This document shows, in pieces, positions 22,069 through 36,003 of a stretch of 64,000 bases of DNA. The stretch is taken from positions 8,857,483 through 8,921,482 of the forward strand of contig CM082582.2 of NCBI GenBank assembly GCA_040954595.2, written 5' to 3'. The notes beneath the pieces are model-generated. The model had not been told where the DNA came from and did not search any database. It was given only the letters and a program-made list of their open reading frames with translations. The stretch comes from Balanoglossus misakiensis. Taxonomy: Eukaryota; Animalia; Hemichordata. Within the stretch, counting starts at the first letter, position 1, and the number at the start of each line of letters is the position of its first letter. The position numbers and the translations under genes are program-made.

Positions 22069-25000
22069 ATGGCATCCGCGAGGCATAAAGATCACCTAAA
22101 CTCATACCTAAGAGCACGCAAGAATGAAAGTCCCTCAAAAGACGGAGTGGCGGACCGCAGCTTACGCAAGACTGCCTCCACTGCAAGTGCTTCTTCAGCC
22201 AGGTGAGCCCTAAAGCGTCGTCTCCATAGCAACAGTGATTGGTGCGTGATGCATCATTTTGTTAGGCCTTTGATAGTCAGTTATAACAGCTAGAATAAAA
22301 TATTTGTACATTTTAACATTTGCAGCTCTGGAGTGAGTGAAACATCTCCTTCAAAGCAAGACAGGACCAGAGTGAAAAGTGGTACCCATACTTCATCGGT
22401 AAAACCCTCAAACCATGGAAAACCATCTTCAGTTAAAGTTAGAAGGAATGTTCCCATCACAGTGGCTATGCCAAGGAGAAAAACCAACATGGAAAGGTAG
22501 ATTTGAATTTTGGTATTGATTGAATACAATTTTTGTAACCAGAGTCTCTGGTTTGGCACATACGCATAAGACGATTGTTGCCCTTTAAAACATTTGAAAT
22601 TCAAGACAGTACTTACCTACTACATGTATCTTTTTTGTTTACACAAACCCAGTCTTCCCAGTGAGATGATACTGAGAATATTTCACTACCTTGGACCCAG
22701 CGACTTACTACAGTGTGCCAGTGTTTGCAAACGTTGGTTGAAACTGGCCAATGACAAGTATGTAGTACCGTATTGTAAATAGGATAGACAGTGCATCATT
22801 GCCATTTCTAATGACAAAAAACTACCAGTAACTATAAAACAACAAGGACCTATTGTTTCATCACCAAAAACAAGGACCTTGTACAAATGAAGTCATGTTG
22901 GGTTTCTGATGGATTATATAGCTGATTACATGCACATTTTCTTTGATCTTCACCTCAGCGCACTCTGGAAGAGACTGTATCAGATTTATGTGGTCAACAC
23001 CCAGAAGAAGAAATCTGGAAGACACAGCTTACCAAACTACGGTGATGGCGACATCAAACAATGGAAGAGAGACTGCATCAAAAAGTAATATGTTGCTTTT
23101 TTAGCACAACTCAGTGAGCAGAATAATGTAAATAACCACTCAAAAAAAATAAAAAATAATCATTCATGTAACATGGTTTGATGTCACTTGAGAGTCTATT
23201 TTTGTGAAATTAAATATATTTTTTAAATGGTCAATTTACAGGTGTGTCAATATTCGCAATGGTCGTGTGCAATCTTTACTGAAGAAAATCCATCCATACA
23301 CTGGACTGCCAGCCCATACCCAGCAAGCTGTTCAGTAAGTCGCCATGAGTTTATCACACACTTCACACTTTCTCTATCCATGGACTCAGTAAATTGTCCA
23401 TCTTTATTTTGTTTCTGTGTATCACAACAGTTTATTGCTCTACTTCTTATAACATGCAATAAAAATTGATGCAGAACACTCCCCTACAACTTGACAGGAA
23501 ACTGGGAGTGAGCTGGCAGCTTGCAGTGACTGAACGCAGCGGCAAGGAAACCTTCATACCACAGAGCGATGTCTACTTCTTTCCTACGTCAGCCACCATC
23601 CGGTGGTACAGTCTCCAGTCCATGTCCCGGAGAAATCTGAAAAAATTGACGGTGTACGGCCTGGCACCGGTCTTCTTTGGTGGTGATGGAAATGCAATCA
23701 AGAATAGGTGAGTGTTTCCTTACTTTCTGTAGGGAAAGTTCTAACACACTCTGCAGAATGAATACAAGTTCGAGTTTGAAGATGCTGAAAAAAAATGCTC
23801 CTGAAAGCAAATCATATCATCCTACATTTGTGCAAACCTTACCCAATCTGAGGATGATAAGCCTTAAACACAGCAACAGATATGTTCTCCTTTTTTGTAA
23901 TCTTCAGTCCATGTCAGAGGTCACTGTTGCTGCACATTGACCTCGACCGGAGCAAGTGGTCATCCAGACAGTCACCTGATGGTCAAGACAGTACTATTGA
24001 TATTTACATACTTGGTAATGGTCTGATGTTAGCTACATGGAAGGTAAGTAAAGGGACATTTGTTGTGTATGGTACATGTTTTAATAATCCTGACCCCCTT
24101 AGGGGTCAATTGCATATGAAAGTATTGGATCTAACACTTGCTGTTGAATGTTTTGCCTTGCAGGAAGGCGGTGAATTGGCATTTGTATCGTTTTCCCTGC
24201 ACGGTCACCAAATGATACAAAGAAGTACCATGGGAACTACTGACAAGTAAGTATCCGGGTAGTAATTTAATTTGCAGCAACAGTCCAAAACAGTTGAAGC
24301 AGAGATTCTGTGCGTGATTCGCAACACATGGTATCATTTCTGTTGGGCATCTTAACACTGCAGCATGTCTGACTCATTGTCTCAACACATTTTTCTTTCA
24401 GAATCTACATTCCGACGCTGACAAAACCACCTTTTGACGATGTGGATGCACAGTATGGTGAGAAAAACATCTTAACTTATTCAAGGTTTCGTATCATTCA
24501 ATTCAAGCTCTTACTTGAACATGCAAAGCATACAGACCCAACATGGCCTTTTTTTCTCTCTACAGGTCTCCATGGCTACAGCTGCACTATAGAGCTACGC
24601 AATCAGAGAGCAGTCTACTGGGGCCAGCAATTTCAACAACTTCACTGTGATAAACAAAATTTAGGTACCTAATATAATTTTCTACTAGTATCGTGCATGT
24701 TCTAGAATCAGTTTATGTGAAAAGAAGCATGTCGTGTTAGAGGGAGCCCTCTCACTTAAACTGATAAACATTCTTGTTTTCAGTTGGTCGGTACGCAAGA
24801 CTGATTCCCATCCGATCTGACGTCACATATGACCATTCGTACACGAATAAGAAGATTCATCTACCATGGAAGACAGATGTGTTCAAAGGAATTGTTCAGG
24901 TCAGTGATGTTGCACAAAGTGGATGGTTTGACAGAGAGGAAAAACGTGAAATAAATCAGTTTCTTGAACATTTCTCATTTGATTGTTTTTCCGCAGGATA

Positions 25001-25620
25001 TGTGTATACTGGATGTGACCGTTCATGATGACCAGAGCACGCCCATGTGGTGTGTTAGGTAGGTGTAGATTTCCTTGTGTTGTCTGTATGGAAAAGTCTA
25101 GCAGATAAACCTACAGTAGAAATGCTGGCAGGCTACATGCTATGTATCGTAAAGCTCACCCCAAGCATTCTTTCATTTCAGCTCTCCAGTAAAACTGAAT
25201 CGATCGACCGATGCTCAAGGTGAGTACAGAATGATCTAATTTCAGTGTATGCAGTCTGCGTGTCTCTTACCATCTTTGTGGCAACAGACAAACTCATAAA
25301 ATTTCAAAGAATTGTTGCAGAGATATACTGTTTGATGCTTTCTTATTTTTTGCTCACAGTAAACTATCACTACGAAGGGAACAACTATTTTATTGACTAC
25401 ACTGATGACATGGGACAAATTCACATGCAGCTTATTTGGGTAAGAAATGAGTTGTTATCCTGTTAATTTTCTTATTATTACATGTCAAATGAAAAAATAT
25501 TACTAAATTTATTTCATTCATTATTTGCAGGTTGAGGAAAGGGAGCAGTATGCCATTGTGAGTGTGATCCTCGATGTTTCATTGGACGGCATCAATGCAT
25601 GGTACGGGACATCGTACTGA
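22069..25620 (+). CDS. FBXO15: F-box only protein 15 (about 15 exons)
   Basis: F-box LPSEMILRIFHYLGPSDLLQCASVCKRWLKLAND (exon 22653-22757). FBXO15-type motifs IHPYTGLP and YGLHGY; C-terminus INAWYGTSY* (exon 25531-25620). Start exon 22069-22202. Confidence 0.85.
22220..22233. promoter_or_regulatory. RFX X-box GTCTCCATAGCAAC in FBXO15 intron 1
   Basis: Canonical X-box about 18 nt into the first intron. Confidence 0.55.
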
Positions 25621-27690
25621 AGCAGTTTAGCATTGGGTGCATCTGAAACTTGATTTGAAGTGCAGCAAAGAACACAAAGAAACATTTTACCCCCACATTG
25701 CATGTAAAGATAAACAAACTTCTGAATAATTGTTATCTAGATTGCTTTTATTAAAATTTACATCATCCAGCCGCCAAGCAAGGCAATGGCATATCAAACT
25801 CGTTTACAAACAGCTGCAATGGAGCAAAGTATCCTCAACAAAATTTATCACAACACAATGATCACAAGAGAAATCGTCCGAGAGTTGAATATTTCCCTCT
25901 TAATACTAGAGACTGGATCTTTCAATTGAGAATTCTTTCAGAAAAGGGCTGATACGTTATGAAAAATATTTAATGTAAAATTGGACTGAACCGTATGAAT
26001 ACATGTACATTTATAAATACACACGTCTTTCTCATTTTTTGTACAAACTATATGTGCTAACAGTACATGCAATATCTTATTAGCTATAACATGTTCTATA
26101 AATAAATTGAGAAAACTAACAAGTCTAGCTTTTATCTAAGGTAGCCAATATGGAAATTCTAGAGTTTTGTCCATCAGCCGACATTACCTATAATATTTTT
26201 TTTTTAAAAGATCAAAATTGGGATCACAAAAATTTGATGTGCGGCAAAGAACACAAAGACACATATAACACATACTCTTGCGATAAATATGACTATAAAT
26301 ACAGTGCATGACATCTTATAAGATGTGTCTCCCGGAACATGAAGAGAGTATATGGAAATAAGCACAAAACGCCATCAGACAACAGGACTTTTCAAAGAGC
26401 TCTTTTCACCACAAATAAATATGTCATGCCTGTAAAGCATAATTGTGGATGAATTTCCGGAGTTGTGTTTTCCATAACTTTGGGCCAATGTCAACTCATG
26501 AAGGGGGGAGGAACCCTGTAAATTGGCAGAACCCTGCATATAGGTTTCAGAGCTTGGTGTGGCCAAGAGTGACAGACAACACTTCAGGACACAAGATGGA
26601 AGGTGTCAATCTACGAACACATAATGTGATCTATAACCTATGCAAATTCCCTGCATATGCAACTTGGAGCACCACCAATACAAGACCCAAGCGCAACAAT
26701 GAATTATTTGCATTTCTATATCTATGCACACATTTATTTGTGGTCAGGTATATTTTATGCAGGTGTAGACAAAAGCGCCACCAACGATTTGGAACAGAAA
26801 CTGGAGTGAGTAGACCTGTCTCTCAACCTGTGTTTGTAAGAAAATTAAGCGTACTAGTTGAAAGAACTAGGTCGAAAGCAGTTTATATTATAATCCCACG
26901 ACAACGCACACATCTTAAAACTGTTAAGCACAACAGAAAAAGAAATAAAAGTTTAAAAAAATGCTGTAAGGTTGAGCTGCAAATATTTTTTCTCATTCTT
27001 ATTTACACTGATTAAAATCACTGGAAGACGACAGTGCTCAAAGACACTGGTACAGGATGGTTTGTTTATCTCAGAATTTACTGATGGACCATAATTTTTG
27101 TTCTAATGTAGATGATCTTGCATTCTTATGAATGCAAAAGATTTGCAGCTTTCTGATTGGACACCAATCGTTCAAATACACCTGGGATAGATTTGGATTC
27201 ACCTCTAATCGGTTATCGGATACAATATGTTCTGTGTATCATTAGACCAATGATATTACGTCTCTTGAGTTTTGCATTGTGTCTGTTGTGGTTCATTTAT
27301 CTGAAATTTACTGAAAAGTTATCAATGAGTGTGATATTTTCCTGCAGTATGGAAAATATGAGTTCTACGCTAAATTCTTAACTGGCCATTTGAAACATTG
27401 GCTGGGTAACAGGAAGAACACACAGATGTGCACAGGCAAAACGGATAATGGACACCTAAATTATAGCATTATCACAAACGCCAATACTAAATTACTATTC
27501 ATTTGATATACTTCAGAGTTTCCGACAACTTCCAACTCAGAAGACTGTTTTAAAACCCTCACTATTTATACTGTGAAAACTCCCCAGACGGAGAGAAAAT
27601 CCTGATGCTTTTCAGTGCACGAGTGAGGCTGATGCATTCTTTTTGGTTTTAAAAAAAATTGTCCTTCTGTTTCCAGGTGGTGTGTACATT

Positions 27691-30600
27691 TCAGAGTTTA
27701 TCCGGCAGCAAAATGTTGTCTACTATGAATTTGTGTAACGTCGCGTTTTGCAGGATTGCCACGTGTTCGTTGCCAGGAAACTCTTTCTCCACAACAGGCT
27801 GCTTTTGTTGTTTTTGCCACCTGCAGAGAGAGAGAGAGCGATGAAAAAGAAGCAGTCAAAATACTGTAATGGATGGACTGGGCAGAATGGTAGACTACAT
27901 ACATTTGTACACAGAAAGAACACCAATGCTGACATTTCACTTACATTAAACATGCCTTCAGACTTTTCATGTTGACAGTGCCATCGCCCGGACCTGAGAT
28001 AGTGATTGGCTGATCGTCTGGAAACTCGTGACTTTTGTCGTAAATAAATCTCTCGGGTGTGGCAAGACCGGATCCATGCATACAGAAAACTGGTACACCT
28101 GATATTCAAAGGGGGAAAAGAAACAGAAGTTACAAACACCATATTGACACTAGACGTGCCGTGAAAAGAAACAGTGAAAGATTTTGTTTGGGGTGCGCTT
28201 GTCTTTACCTGGTGGTGTGACATCGGCAATTAAGTCCTTCGTATCCTGCCACATATCGTACGCAGACGGTATTCCTAAATCGTCAAAATATTCCTTCTTG
28301 TCCTTCAAAGTGTAGTTTTTATTGGGAGTCGACACGATGACCTCGTTGGTATCCCAGAACTTATCGTTGGGAAACAGCCACGCCGAGCTGGGAAACGTCC
28401 TCTGTGCCGGTCTCACAGCCAACGGATTCACAACAAACGTTCCAAGATCGTCCCCTGAAATCACAGAAAATCATGGATTTCAATATTGAATGTACACTGC
28501 GGTACTGTCACAGTCTGATAACATAAGGACCACTCCAAATTGCAGGAAAGGGGGAAACTGAACACACTACCTGATGCAAACAGTCTGAGAACCTTGGCTG
28601 CTCCAATCCACGGACCACCGATCGTTGCCAGTGCTTTGACGTACTTGTCCTTCCACGCCTGCGTCTTGTGGTTCAGCAGATATAACGCGTACGGCCCACC
28701 CATGCTGTGCGTTACCAGAACCACTTTCTGGTGGCCGGTCTTTATGTACGTCTCTTCGATCAAGTCGGTCAAATTTTTCAAGAACACATCCCCCTCGTCT
28801 GGAGGTAAACAAGACGAAGTTTAGTGTTTACCAACAAATCAGAACTGACTGGCATCAGTGAACAAACAAACAAATCTTAAGTAATCGCGGATGGCCTCTC
28901 TCAAGGATAGCCTTTTGTCATGAAAGTAGAACCACTGAGGATTGGGATGGAGAAAAAAAAATCGTCCAAAATGAAAACTTACTCGGAGCTTTCCTGAAGT
29001 CATAGGGTGCACCTCTCACCGAAACTCCCCTTTCGTATCCTATAGCAACCATTTTGTCTACCAGAGGGGCAAAATATGATCCTGAAATGAACCAATGGCA
29101 CAGGATTAGAACACCTATTTTCAAATGCAAATATATTATTTTCTTATTTGGCACTGACATGCAAATCATGTAAATAATAAACACTGCAGTTTCTTTTACT
29201 CAGATAAGATTCACAATGTCACCTTCGCTCAATTTAGAAAGAAGTCAGAACCAACACTGGAAAAAAACACCACAATCAACAATCAAGGCCTTTCAAACTT
29301 GCAAACCCTGAACAATTGAAATATGGTAATGAGCAGTCAGCTGAGACCAGGGAACCAGCTGATGAAATGCTCACTATAATTAAAACCTAACACACTTTTC
29401 TGTTTCATATTTATTTTTCCGTAGCAGATGTTACAAGAGATATCCTCAGCTATACATTTCTGAAAACCCACATGTTGCAGTGTGCTATTGTTATGCAAAT
29501 ATCAACAGCCCACATTTGGGTGTGTGAACTTTCTATTTCACTTTATGTGTCAATGAATTCTAAAAGAAAAGGACAAGCTGTTTTTTTTAGTCTAATGTCA
29601 TGGCAACAGTACCCTATCACACTGTCCTACCATATTGAGGATGCTAAGGGTAATACAACAAAATGAATACATGCATATAAATGTTGAATTTCAAGTTCAC
29701 GCCAAAACAGTGAGTGAGAACTTTGTGTGTGCCATGGTACCGAGGGATTACGGACAATATTATCCCCTCCCCCCTTTACCGAAATGAATGTCACTTACCA
29801 TAGGACACTTTGCTTGGGTCAAGCCATTCCACAGAACTTGTGTTGCCAAAGTCTGGAAGGTGGACAGACACTCCGGGGATGTTGGTTGTGGCTCTGGTAC
29901 CATTGTCATATATAAGTCTACAAACAATAAAATGAAATTGTTCAGTTGGCGTTACAGTACATGTATCTGTGCATCTTTTCATAATATTGAAAGATATATT
30001 GAATAACTATTTCAGGGGTACAGGTAAGAGGTCATGTTAACCTTGAGAACATTTTCCGTAAGAGGTCATTTTAACCTTGTAATGAGAACATTTGGTATTT
30101 GTTGTGTCATGACTGCAGTTGTTTAATCTGACGCTAGTATTTGTTTTGTCTTTTTATGGCCAGTATGATGTCAACAACGCCCAGCTCTTGAGCTATGCAA
30201 CGCCCACTCTTAAAAGTGCTTGAGTCCACAAGATATGGCATCTCTGCTTTTTCAAATTGCTCTGCAGTGATTTCAGTATACAGATTTTGTTTGCATCAGT
30301 TCAGTTCAAAAAATGTACACAATGTATATTGTTGCCTCTTTAGAGGTCCTACTTTACCATAGAAAACAATGGGTTTGGACTGAACCATGGTGGTGAAAGG
30401 GTAAAGACAATTGTATTCAGCAGCACACTCGCTCTGAACAGAGTCTTGACTTGCCTGATGTTGTCTGCCCAGCACTCTATGATGTACGGAATGAGTTCTT
30501 CTAAGTTCAACCACAAGTTGAAATAGTCGGAGGTGTGTGAACGGCAGTAGTAGTGTTTGACGTCTGTTCGATTCAGCTTCCCAAGCAGGTGCGTACCTCC

Positions 30601-31733
30601 ATCGCCAGGGACTGTAAATCAAAGTTTAGATTTTCTCAATAAAAGCAATTAACATTCTGTGAGGTACACAGTTTGCATGTCAGGCCCAAGCTTATTAATT
30701 TTTTACAATTTTAATGATTAATAATTTCAATATTAACTATGAGCAAATACTAGGATTACAGAATATATTTACACATTGCTGTCTATGGTGTTACCAATCT
30801 ATGCAAAGAAAGTAACATTGCAGGCTGAGTACCTCCACATGATGGTCACATGCGCCAACCATGTGATCTAGACACTAATATAATACTAACTACAATGTAC
30901 TAGCATTTCGGAGGGGGTGGGGATCATGACTGCACTGAAGGTGACCTCGTCTATTTCACTATACTTGATTATATAATGCGGTCGTGTAAACAATGGCGTC
31001 GCTATATTCTTCAAGTTTGGTACTGTGTGAACCAACAATAACATTCAAAATACCGGAAGCAGAATCCATACACCAGTCTATTGCCACGTTCGTTCACTCT
31101 TGCATTACATACAATCCCATTACACATATACAATCGTAACACGTGTGTACGCATAGTCAGAGTTAACAGTTGATCTATGATCGAGAATCAAAGCATTTGC
31201 CGATTTGGTAGAAGTCTTTTAGATCACTGCCACCGGCTGTTGCCAATCGATATATCCGGACAACGAGCAAGTACATACGTTACGTCCCACACTCCCCGGC
31301 TCTGTGATATGACCTACTTTCAATTATAATACTGACGCACTCACATTTAGCAGTACGCCAATGCGTAGTATTCACGCAAATACTAAAATATAAGAATGTG
31401 TAAATCTCGCATCGTATTGCAAACACCTTCGTTGTCGACAACGTTGATCGCTTACCGACGCAATCTCTTTTGTGCACACAGTTGAACACGTACATGTACA
31501 TTACATACCCAAACGCCCATAAAAACATACGTCGTAACAAAACCATCACATCGACTACAGGGCCTGGCGGAAAGGATATACCACAGTAAATACTCACTCA
31601 AAACGACAGGCGATCCAGGGGCTCCTTTTCTTGGTTTAAGGGATGGTTTAGAATGGACGACATCAGTTTGTAGCCCACAAAAGCTGAGGAATACGACGAT
31701 AGCAATCGTCGTGTACGTCTTCACTACCGCCAT
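27691..31733 (-). CDS. PLA2G15: Lysosomal phospholipase A2 / LCAT-family acyltransferase (8 exons)
   Basis: Signal peptide MAVVKTYTTIAIVVFLSFC, followed by PVVLIPGDGG, FNLWLN, DFGNT..VEWLDPS and RGAPYDFRKAP. Catalytic triad motifs: HSMG (Ser), GDGTV (Asp), EH (His). Exons approximately 31733-31598, 30614-30455, 29917-29798, 29081-28984, 28799-28572, 28454-28209, 28098-27945 and 27820-27691. Confidence 0.92.
30340..30404. mobile_element. Short dispersed repeat / MITE end (piggyBac-like ...GGTGAAAGGG-TTAA terminus)
   Basis: The 33-nt string TGGGTTTGGACTGAACCATGGTGGTGAAAGGGT (30370-30402) is identical to 51761-51793. Confidence 0.6.
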
Positions 31734-31895
31734 GTTTTCAAATGTACGAAATACGCATGCTCTGCCTGACTTAAACGACCCGGAGTGACCTAGCGTCAGC
31801 AAACCACCTCACGTCGGCCAACGATTTGATTGGCTTTTAAAAAGAGAAAACTGATTAAAATGACAATGTACAAGTCATCGTGTCAAAATATGAAA

Positions 31896-31987
31896 CATGT
31901 GACCGGCGTTATTGCTAAAAAAAACAATAAGGTCTTTGACACGTGACAATGGGGTGTCCAGGATATGTGGCGTGACTGTTCACGTGA
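31896..31987. promoter_or_regulatory. CLEAR/M-box-like E-box cluster upstream of PLA2G15
   Basis: CATGTGAC (about 31896), CACGTGAC (about 31940) and TCACGTGA (about 31980), 160-255 bp upstream of the ATG. A CCAAT box lies at about 31829. Confidence 0.5.
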
Positions 31988-32522
31988 TCAAACTTTTGGC
32001 CACTGGCCGACTTGTTGCAGTGGGCAGGGTCATGGGCGTTTCCGGAGGTCAAACTTCGCACAAATTATAAAGTTCCAAAAACGATACAAGTGTCCCAAAA
32101 TGCACTGCAGTAATAGTGTAGAGATCATTATACTGAAAATGCTCATATAAACACTAAAATAGGATCAGTTATTGGTTGCAACTGTTTATTAAACAAATAT
32201 GGCAGAAAACCTTTACAATTTAAAGCTTCTATCCTCTTTTTAGTGCAAGCAAACGTTACGTGGTTCTACCAGCAACTTTTGGAGGTCAGAAAGATAAAAA
32301 ACAAACTCCAGAGCTAATTACTTTATCAAGGTTAAGGCAAAGCGGCCTGCGGATAAAAATATTAACAGATTAAAAGATCAAAGTCGTGATCATACATATA
32401 TTTATACATGGCTAAATGCCAGCATTCCAATCCCTAGTATGCCCTAGCCTTCAGCGCGGGTTTGGGCTTTCATTTGACCAATGGCAGCCATCCTGTACTG
32501 TATGGACAGCAGCCATAGGTGA

Positions 32523-34469
32523 TTACAAGATGATCATTATGAATGACAGAAGCGACAAGGTCGCTATCAGAGTGATTGACACTGACAGTGTCTCTGTTGT
32601 CGAGGCTCTCTGGTATAACACAACACCACCATCTGAAAGACAAAATTAAGCAGAATTTCAGAGTTAAAGATTACATTTGAGAGGGGGGGGGGGGGGACAA
32701 AACACATTGGTCAATAACACACAAAATACACTTTCAACTGTCTGTGACTTTATCATTATGAACAAAACCATACACATTTCACTCACTGTGTGGTGATGAA
32801 TACTGCACCACGGTAAATTACATGCACAGTTTTACTTACATGAATTGTAATCTATGAGTTCAGGACACACAGACGCTGTGCTGTCTCCATGTTTGTTGCT
32901 GGCAATTACTTTGACCATGTACATCTTGTCTTTTAGGTTGACCTTCTTGCTTTGTCTCAAAAGATACCTGCAGAGATGAAAACAACATTACAAACTGATA
33001 ATATCTGGCATCCAATGCAAAATATTAGTCTTCAAGATGTTTTAATATCAAGTTAATCAGCTATGTTTCACACAATGGTTGCTATGCACTTATTATCTAG
33101 ATTACCGCAGGCTATTTCGATTTTACCCTGTTATTTCCTGTGTCACATTAGCTAGAGATATCCACGGCTCTTTATAATCAGTCATGATGTCTTTAATCAT
33201 CAGATAGTAAATTGATGGTTCGCTGTACTCTTTGTGTTCATTCTTCTCCCATGTAATCACAGCCTTGTATTCTCTCTCCTGCATCAAGTTTGAAAGTTCA
33301 AAGTTCACCGATGTCGGTGGGGCAGGGAACACTGCAAGGAAGGCAAGAAAGACTGGTTAATAAAAAAACATAAACTGACACAAAAATTATACAATTATAC
33401 AAATCTTACAATTCAAAAATGTCAACAGAATTTCTTCTGATTTTTCCACAAAACAAGTCATAGGCCAAATTGCACAATTTCCGCATTGAAACTAGCTGGG
33501 GGAAAAAAAAAACTCACAGTGTTTCTGCGTCTTGACAACCATCAGCTGTGAATGGTTGCTGACTTTCCAGTAGCCGTGCTGCGATGTCATCAAAACGTCG
33601 TAGTCGGTATACGCCCTCAAGTTCCACACTTCCAATGCGTAGGTCTCGTTGTCTTTGGTCGGAAATGGCGTGAATTCACTCAGGTCATAAATATCGTACG
33701 GGTACTGCAGGTGGCTGTGCTGGTCATACAGCATAGCTGGGTCGTCTTCTTCGTCTTGATCAGGCCTGTCGAACGACAAAATGTTCATCACACTAACGCA
33801 TCATTGCCTGATTTCAGTCTAGAATTGTCAAGAACAAAGACTGAAGCAACGTAGAAAGGTACATCTGAGATGAGGCCATACATGAATGTAGTCTTTGTCT
33901 TACCTGACTCTGTAGTAAGCAATGTACCTCTCAATGGGCCATTCAAACTCTACAGGCATTACCCACTCCAGGAATATACTGGTATCTGTGGATGTGGCAC
34001 TTATGTTCTGCGGTACACCTAATACTGTTAATAATAAATGATCACAATAGAAAAGTGTTGTTTCGTTAGAATTTAACTGTGCAGTATGTCAGATTCATTT
34101 GTCAAATTAATAAATGAAAAAACTTGACCTTGGGGAATACATACATGGACAATATTTTGTGTTGCATCGTTTCCTCTTCATCCCTTTGCCCTTGCATGAC
34201 CGACCTCCATACTGGGCTGGTGGTTCTGAACAGTTTCTCTGCATCAGTTGAACAGCACCACCACAGGTGACTGAACAGTCAGACCAATGTGACCACTGGC
34301 CCCATTTTCCATGCACTGAAAGAAGACAGAAGCAGTTTCTATGGTTGATTAATTTTTAACTCAACAAATTTCAAACACTGTGCCGTATACAGTAATTACT
34401 CTAAAAAGATAACTTATAGCTCAGACACTTTCTCACACACACACTGACACTAACATGCATGCACGCACG

Positions 34470-34500
<31 letters not shown>

Positions 34501-35972
34501 CTGGGCAGGGCTGTGTGTTACAGTGTCTCCATTCACTATAAGGGTCATCAGCCGGGCAGTCAAGTCCATACGGAGGAAGGGGCGGAGGGTCTGTACATGT
34601 CCTGGTTCTGGCTTGGACACCCCCAGGCTCACAGCTGGCCGTACAAATTGACCACGCCGACCATACAGTCCATCCGCCATCTGTAGATGAAAAATCACTA
34701 TGTTACAACAATACAGAATTTAAACTGAAGCTATCTCTGCATCTCACCACAGTAACTTTTTAAAACATATGAATATTGCTATTATTATATTTTGAAGGAT
34801 AATAAGTTATTAACATATGGCTTGCTGGGATTACCTGCACACTGGAATGTGTTGCAAGACCGAGTCTGTATTGTTCTGCCTTTACAAGGCTTGCCGCCAT
34901 ACGTGGGTACAGGATTGGTACAAGTCCTGGTCCTACTCTTTGAGCCGCCACCACAAGTCACTGAACACTCGGAGAAGTTACTCCACCGTGAGAAACCACC
35001 ATGGACTGTGGAAGCAAAACAGCAGAACTTTCAGCAATATCATCTTTAACCCTTTCAACACCATAGTCAACTTGAATTGTCGTCATCCTCCAAAAACTAA
35101 ACCAGCATAATTTTTTCAACATTTTTTCTCAATTTTTGATTTAGACTTGAAGACAATAAAGAATTATGTCCACTTGATCTAAATCAAAGTTTTCATTTCA
35201 TTCAAATTTCACACATGTAAGATGGTAAGTTTGTTCATTGGCATAAGGGTTTAGTCAGACAGGGGGTGGGGAGCCTATATATTTTACCTCCACAGGGCAT
35301 GGTGTTGCAGTCAACGGTCTCTGTTGTGTTTCCTTCACAGTCTAGTCCGCCATGCAGTGGCGCTGGATTGGTGCAACTTCTGTTTCTCATGATAGTGGCA
35401 CCCCCGCACGGCACGGGACATTCAGGCCATGGGGTCCAGGCTGTCCAGTTTCCATCCACTTCAAGAAAGACAAAATAATTATCAGTCTAGAAACCTTTTC
35501 CAGTTTCCATTTAGCTACTGCAGTCGTTCGGTTTTCATAAGGGCGTGCATCATCTTCAGAAAAAAAGACAAAAATCAATTACAGTAAAAACCGAACGGTC
35601 TAATCTGGAAATCTGTCTACACCAAACACCTTTTCCTGTCCCTATGGTGTTTGGTTTAGTTTTTTTATTGTATGGTACATTGTTGGAGTATGAGAAATAC
35701 AGCATTCTGAGCTTGGAATGAATATGCAGACATTACCCGGGCAATACATCAGTTCACCCATACACGACTCCTTCTGGACATAATTCTCAAAGATCCCATA
35801 TCCGGGACAGTTTCTGCCGCCAAAGGATGGCTCCGGTTCACTGCAATTTCTGGACCTCTGCTGATTGCCAAAATTGCAGGTTACTGAGCATTCTGACCAC
35901 TGAGTCCACTTGGACCACGCTCCATCGACTGTTGAGAATTAAAAAATAAAATCATGAGGGAGTCATTGGCTG

Positions 35973-36003
<31 letters not shown>

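Noticed and set aside
26443-27015. 190-aa plus-strand ORF
   Set aside because: Non-ATG start, no domain or codon signature, and it lies antisense in the probable PLA2G15 3' UTR.
28150-28210. Apparent premature stop in PLA2G15 (pseudogene?)
   Set aside because: The stop lies inside a GT-AG intron (about 28208-28099); the spliced frame keeps the full catalytic triad.
30024-30095. Two direct repeats GTAAGAGGTCAT.TTAACCTTG...GAGAACATTT (CRISPR-like?)
   Set aside because: Only a two-copy local tandem duplication in a eukaryotic intron; no spacers or cas genes.
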